From Eledone cirrhosa (lineage: Eukaryota), in contig OZ024750.1 in the NCBI GenBank assembly GCA_964016885.1, positions 27,962,001 through 28,026,000 on the forward strand: a stretch of 64,000 bases of DNA, written 5' to 3'. Within the stretch, counting starts at the first letter, position 1. Every line of letters begins with the position of its first letter. This document shows positions 56,824 to 64,000 of this stretch, in pieces. A program made the position numbers and the translations under genes. The notes beneath the pieces were generated by a model. That model worked only from the letters and a program-made list of their open reading frames with translations, was not told the origin of the DNA and did not search any database.

Positions 56824-56908
<85 letters not shown>

Positions 56909-57329
56909 CAATAAGAGGCCTGACTGGAAAAGTAATCATTTCGGAATTTGTATAGTGATTTTCAAAAGTAAATGTTCCATTCCGGGTTTCTATTGTTCTT
57001 AATGAATACTTAATTTCGGTCCTGCACCAGCCACGGAATACCACATCTACAATGGATGATTTGCCTAACGTTGAGTCCTTTAATTAATTTATTGCATCAT
57101 TGTTTACTAACCCGAAACACCAATTCTACTCATTGGTAAAGTGCTTAACATAAATGGTATATATATATATATATATATACGTACGTACGTTTGTATGTAT
57201 ATACGTATGTGTCTATATAAGTGTATGTAAGTATGTGTAAATAAATATGTGTGCGTGAATGTGTGTGTTGGGGTTTTTCGATATCCCGCCAAAACACCAT
57301 AATGAGGCAGTAGATTGTACGCAGAAATA

Positions 57330-58370
57330 ATTCGCTATATTGAAGAGGACCAGCGAGTAACCATGTCTATAAAATTAGGGAGCCAGTGTGTTCTGACTTC
57401 AAGCTGAACAAAGGAATCTGTTGTGGAACTGATTTTGGTAAATGGAATCTGCAATTCTTTCTGTCAGTACACTCCCATTTCCATCCAATATTTGACGAAT
57501 TGGATGGAGTGACACTGATGAGTGTCATTGGTGTAAAGGTTATACCTCATTGTAACAAGTTCTGTTCACATGTAAACTATCCCTGGCAGACAACTCTTGT
57601 CGGTAGAGTAAAGTCCTGAGTGTCCTCGCTAACGCTTTATACAAGTAATGCAGCAAGAACGCATCCCGTAGTTTTCCCCAAAGAAGGTAATAAAGACAAG
57701 ATGTGAGGGAACAAAGCAGGAAAGTTGTGACCTGGACTTCTGCGAGAGGCCAGTTTAGTAACTGCAGCCCGGCCTGGAAATAGCGTTAGTATTCCTAAGA
57801 TATATTGCTATAGTGAAGGCACGTGGCTGAGTGGTTAAAGAATTGGATTCGCAATTGTGAAGTTGTGAGTTCGATTCCCGGACCGGGCGATGTGTTATGT
57901 CCTTGAGCAAGACACTTTATTTCACTTTGCTACTTCTGCCAGGGTTTGCGACCGGTAGATAGTATTAACAATTGGCAAGACCAATGGAGACATTGTTTCC
58001 TCGGTTCGCTTTGACGAACTCTACTCCACTCGTTAAGCGATTGAGGTCTGGGATCTTGTCGATCGACTGTTTTATTGCTATAAAAACACTATACTCCGAC
58101 ATTATGACATCGTTTGACCCGACGCCCAGAATCCTGATTGTTGAACCGAATGTACATTGGAAAGACAATACGGTGTGTCCTCGTGAAAGAAAGTACAGAA
58201 AATAGGAAGAACAAAAGACTCCAAATCATGTGTCGTGTGATGGTGGCGTGTGGCAGGAACCAATGCTTCTTGTTGAGGTGGGATGTCGAGGATTAGTGGC
58301 TAGATACACTCTGTCCTACTTACTGCCATTGAACAAGCGAGAGTAAAGTGGTGTTCCAAGATCTAGAAGT
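57330..58370 (+). pseudogene. Decayed HERO-like non-LTR retrotransposon 3' region, split by a SINE
   Basis: Zinc-knuckle remnant ECHWCKGYTSL*QVLFTCKLSLA; endonuclease-like remnants ILIVEPNVHWKDN..RERKYRK and VEVGCRGLVA; multiple stops. Confidence 0.6.
57814..58020 (+). mobile_element. SINE family A
   Basis: tgaaggcacgTGGCTGAGTGG...GTTCGATTCC. Confidence 0.85.
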
Positions 58371-58454
58371 AAAGTAGTTAAAATCTCCATTATGGATTTG
58401 TTAAAATTATATGTAAAATGTCAGCACTGAGAGAAAACAAAACTCCAGTGGGGC

Positions 58455-58662
58455 ATTGGCAGAATTGGTAGAACGTCGGACATTATGCTTCATGGCATAG
58501 TTACGTCTCTTTACGTTCTAATTTCAAATCTCACCGAGGTTAGCTTTGCCTTTCATCTTTACTGGAACGATAAAATAAAGTACCAGTAATGACTGGGGTC
58601 GATTTAATCGACTTTACCTCTCCTCCAAAATGGCTGGCCTTGTGCCTTTTATAGAAATCATT
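58455..58662 (+). mobile_element. SINE family B
   Basis: Core gcctttcatc...gataaaataaagtaccag. Confidence 0.8.
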
Positions 58663-59301
58663 ATTCTGTCTTAGTACTGGCAATACATTGAATAATTTAA
58701 TTCTGTGTTCAAAATGCTTTGAAAATCGACGAAATTGTCACGACTGGAGCGCTTTTAATCAAAATTCTGCTCGCGTAGGCTTTACATAAAGGCAAAACAA
58801 AAATCTACATAAAACAGTTTATTTGCCTTCCAATATTCTCTGCTTTCTTCTAAATATATGTACAAATGGATGTGTGTACGTGCGTAACTGTATACATATA
58901 TAAGTCGGAACATGTATATACAAATATATGGGTATATATATATGTTTATATATATGTGTGTATTTACATATATATATATATATATGTGTGTGTGAGTGCA
59001 TATGTATATATATATATATATATATAGCTGTAATTATTGTGAGTATTTATATGTTCATAAATATTGTTTTTGTAATTGAAATACCAATAAAGTATATTTC
59101 GTTTCATATATTATATATTATTTCATTCCATGTAACAGTCGTTAAATTTTATATCCGTTTTAACATAGCCACAATGTTACTAAAATATCATATAACAGTT
59201 GCACATGATATTTATAGTTGCGGAACCGGTATTTAATTCTCGTTCTCCCTATCACACCCTCTATATATATCTATCTATATATTTATCTATCTCTCCTCCC
59301 C

Positions 59302-59351
<50 letters not shown>

Positions 59352-59462
59352 CATTATATCTCTTCCTGTATACACAAAACACACACATATGTATATATAT
59401 TTATATATGTAAACATACATATATACATACTAACATACATACATACATACATACATACACGC

Positions 59463-59495
<33 letters not shown>

Positions 59496-59653
59496 AATAT
59501 ATATATATACGTACAAACATACATACATATATATGTAGACATACATACATATATATGTATGTATACATACATACATACATTCATATATATGTATATACAT
59601 ATATGTATATATCTATATATATATGTATATATATATATGTATCTATATATATG

Positions 59654-59686
<33 letters not shown>

Positions 59687-59705
59687 GTATATATATACAT
59701 ATATA

Positions 59706-60813
59706 TAACTTTGAATAACTTTGAAATGTTTTGGCCAGTATTGGCCCAGGCCATGTCTAACTTAATAGCACCACCTGGCGAAGTCTTTCAATTCAGGATT
59801 TGGGCACCATGGCCCATTCGAGAAGAGAATTACTGTTTGCGGAGACATATCCGGGTGTGGGTGGTTTGTCCGGGATTACTTGGAGGAATTTGTCCAAAGA
59901 CTTCTTGAATTTTGTGTGGTCAGTTTCTGTTTTGACGTGTCCTGGTGTGATGTTGAAGAGAGCAGGGCCGATTGAGGTGAAATAATTGTGCCGTATTGTT
60001 GTTATGAGTTGCGATTTAGATTTTTGAATGGGACGGATAGCACGGGGCCCAAGCCTTGGGTGTATCTTGAAGGCGATGCCAACATCATTTGGGCAGTGAT
60101 GATGGAACATTTTCCACATCATGCAGATAATATAACGCTCACGGCGACGTTGGAGTGAGTAAAGTTTCAGGTTTTCCAATCGACCCCAGTAGTCAAGGTC
60201 TGACATGCCATCTATCTTTTTCGTGATTGCCCTTTGAGGAGCTTCAAGTTTCATGATACTTTGTTTCGTGTGGGGAGACCACAGTGGACAACAGTATTCA
60301 AGGTGTGGTCGGGCGAAAGTAGAGAAGAGAAGGATAATGGTGCGGGAATCTCTCGACTGGAAGGTTCTGAGGATCCAGGAACACATTCTGCGGGCCATGT
60401 CAACTTTGCTGCTTATATGCGTGGTCCAGCTTATGTTGCTGTCCACGGTTACTCCCAAGTCTCTGATGTTGTTAGATGCCACGAGAGTTTCCCCGGAGGG
60501 AAGGGAGTACGGGAGTTTCAGAGCATCCTCTTTTCCAAAGTGGATCAGTTCGAATTTGTCTTCGTTCAGTAACATGTTGTTCTTTTCTGCCCATTGGGTA
60601 ACAGCCAGTAGGTCTGACTGAAGGCTTATCCGGTCATCCACGCCATTGATGACCTTTTGGAGCTTGGAATCATCAGCGAAAATTTTAATGTTGCTGTGTT
60701 TGATGATGTCAGTGATGTCATTAATATAGATGATGAAGAGAAGTGGGCCCAACACAGTGCCTTGTGGGACTCCACTACTGACTTTGGCTGGGCTTGATTT
60801 GACTCCCTCAACT
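59706..60813 (-). mobile_element. 5'-truncated CR1-like LINE (reverse transcriptase C-terminal half), copy 1
   Basis: [20 protein letters not shown]...FADDSKL...[13 protein letters not shown]; uninterrupted frame to stop at 59793; tail (TTCAAAGTTA)2. Confidence 0.93.
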
Positions 60814-61012
60814 ACATATATACATATATATATGTGTATATATATATATATGTATATATATACATATATATACATATATATATGTGTATATATATATATA
60901 TGTATATATATACATATATATACATATATATATGTGTATATATATACATATATATATATATGTATATATATGTATATATGTGTATATATATACATATATA
61001 TATATATGTATA

Positions 61013-61055
<43 letters not shown>

Positions 61056-61062
61056 GTATATA

Positions 61063-61105
<43 letters not shown>

Positions 61106-61154
61106 GTATATATATATGTATATATATATGTTTATATATGTATATATATACATA

Positions 61155-61980
61155 TAACTTTGAATAACTTTGAAATGTTTTGGCCAGTATTGGCCCAGGC
61201 CATGTCTAACTTAATAGCACCACCTGGCGAAGTCTTTCAATTCAGGATTTGGGCACCATGGCCCATTCGAGAAGAGAATTACTGTTTGCGGAGACATATC
61301 CGGGTGTGGGTGGTTTGTCCGGGATTACTTGGAGGAATTTGTCCAAAGACTTCTTGAATTTTGTGTGGTCAGTTTCTGTTTTGACGTGTCCTGGTGTGAT
61401 GTTGAAGAGAGCAGGGCCGATTGAGGTGAAATAATTGTGCCGTATTATTGTTATGAGTTGCGATTTAGATTTTTGAATGGGACGGATAGCACGGGGCCCA
61501 AGCCTTGGGTGTATCTTGAAGGCGATGCCAACATCATTTGGGCAGTGATGATGGAACATTTTCCACATCATGCAGATAATATAACGCTCACGGCGACGTT
61601 GGAGTGAGTAAAGTTTCAGGTTTTCCAATCGACCCCAGTAGTCAATGTCTGACATGCCATCTATCTTTTTCGTGATTGCGCTTTGAGGAGCTTCAAGTTT
61701 CATGATACTTTGTTTCGTGTGGGGAGACCACAGTGGACAACAGTATTCAAGGTGTGGTCGGGCAAAAGTAGAGAAGAGAAGGATAATGGTGCGGGAATCT
61801 CTCGACTGGAAGGTTCTGAGGATCCAGGAACACATTCTGCGGGCCATGTCAACTTTGCTGCTTATATGCGTGGTCCAGCTTATGTTGCTGTCCACGGTTA
61901 CTCCCAAGTCTCTGATGTTGTTAGATGCCACGAGAGTTTCCCCGGAGGGAAGGGAGTACGGGAGTTTCAGAGCATCCTCT
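61155..61980 (-). mobile_element. 5'-truncated CR1-like LINE, copy 2
   Basis: Nearly identical to copy 1 but truncated further 3' (begins EDALKLPY). Confidence 0.93.
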
Positions 61981-62557
61981 ATATATATACATATATATAC
62001 ACATATATATACATATATATACACATATATATACATATATATACATATATATATATATGTATATATATACACATATATATATGTATATATATGTATATAT
62101 ATACATATATATATATGTATATATATACATATATATATACATATATATGTATATATATGTATATATATACATATAGATATATATATGTATATATATGTAT
62201 ATATATATATATACATATATATATGTATATATATGTATATATATATGTATATATATGTATATATATATGTATATATATATGTATATATATGTATATATAT
62301 ATATATATGTATATATATGTATATATATATGTATATATGTATATATATATATATGTATATATATGTATATATATATGTATATATATGTATATATATGTAT
62401 ATATATGTATATATATGTATATATATATATATATGTGTATATATATATGTATATATATGTATATATATGTATATATATATATATGTGTATATATATATGT
62501 ATATATATGTATATATATATGTATATATATATGTATATATATATGTATATATATGTA

Positions 62558-62588
<31 letters not shown>

Positions 62589-64000
62589 GTATATATATGT
62601 ATATATATATATGTATATATATGTATATATATGTATATATATATATACATATATATATATGTATATATATGTATATATATATGTATATATATGTATATGT
62701 ATATATATATGTATATATATGTATATATATATATACATATATATATATGTATATATATGTATATATATATGTATATATATGTATATGTATATATATATGT
62801 ATATATATATGTATATATATATATACATATATATATATGTATATATATATGTATATATATATGTATATATATATGTATATATATATATACATATATATAT
62901 ATGTATATATATATGTATATATATATACATATATATATGTATATATATCTATATGTATATATATATATGTATATATATGTATATATATGTGTATATATAT
63001 GTATATATATATGTATATATATATGTATATATATATGTATATATATATATATGTATATATATATGTATATATATATGTATATATATATATATGTATATAT
63101 ATATGTATATATATATGTATATATATATATATGTATATATATATACATATATATATGTATATATATATGTATATATATATGTATATATATGTATATATAT
63201 ATGTATATATATATGTATATATATATACATATATGTATATATATATGTATATATATATACATATATATATGTATATATATATACATATATATATGTATAT
63301 ATATATACATATATATATGTATATATATATACATATATATATGTATATATATATACATATATATATGTATATATATATACATATATATATGTATATATAT
63401 ATACATATATATATGTATATATATATACATATATATATGTATATATATATACATATATATATGTATATATATATACATATATATATGTATATATATGTAT
63501 ATATATATATATATATGTATATATATGTATATATATATATATATGTATATATATGTATATATATATACATATATATACATATATATGTATATATATGTAT
63601 ATATATATATATATGTATATATATGTATATATATATACATATATATACATATATATGTATATATATATACATATATATATATATGTATATGTATGTATAT
63701 ATATATGTATATGTATGTATATATATATGTATATGTATGTATATATATATATATATATGTATATGTATATACATATATATACATATATATATATGTATAT
63801 GTATATACATATATATACATATATATATATGTATATGTATATACATATATATATGTATATATATGTATATATATATACATATATATATGTGTATATATGT
63901 ATATATATATATGTAGATATATATGTGTATATATGTATATATATATATGTAGATATATATGTGTATATATGTATATATATATATGTAGATATATATGTAT
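61981..64000. repeat. (TA)n/(TATG)/(TACA) compound microsatellite
   Basis: Directly visible. Confidence 0.95.

Noticed and set aside
59793-62930. 400-aa and 562-aa ORFs as functional genes
   Set aside because: N-termini are microsatellite read-through; the coding parts are 5'-truncated LINE ORF2.

Overview
This is an AT-rich, gene-poor eukaryotic window. Its SINE families and very long compound (TA/TG/TATG)n arrays are typical of a cephalopod (Octopus-like) genome; that assignment is inferred. No intact host gene, rRNA, true tRNA or CRISPR array is supported, and nearly all long ORFs are microsatellite read-through. The window is a mosaic of micro- and minisatellites, two tRNA-derived SINE families, DNA-transposon MITEs and 3' fragments of non-LTR retrotransposons from several clades (CR1-like, RTE, R4/Dong-like, CRE-like, HERO-like). 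The most notable signal is non-coding. About a dozen type I hammerhead-ribozyme motifs (CUGANGA...GAAA...UH with pairing stems) occur in several unrelated short AT-rich elements, mostly beside (TA)n tracts. Several form head-to-head fold-back duplications, the architecture known for Penelope-like element pseudo-LTRs. All structures were folded by eye; no computation or database search was run.
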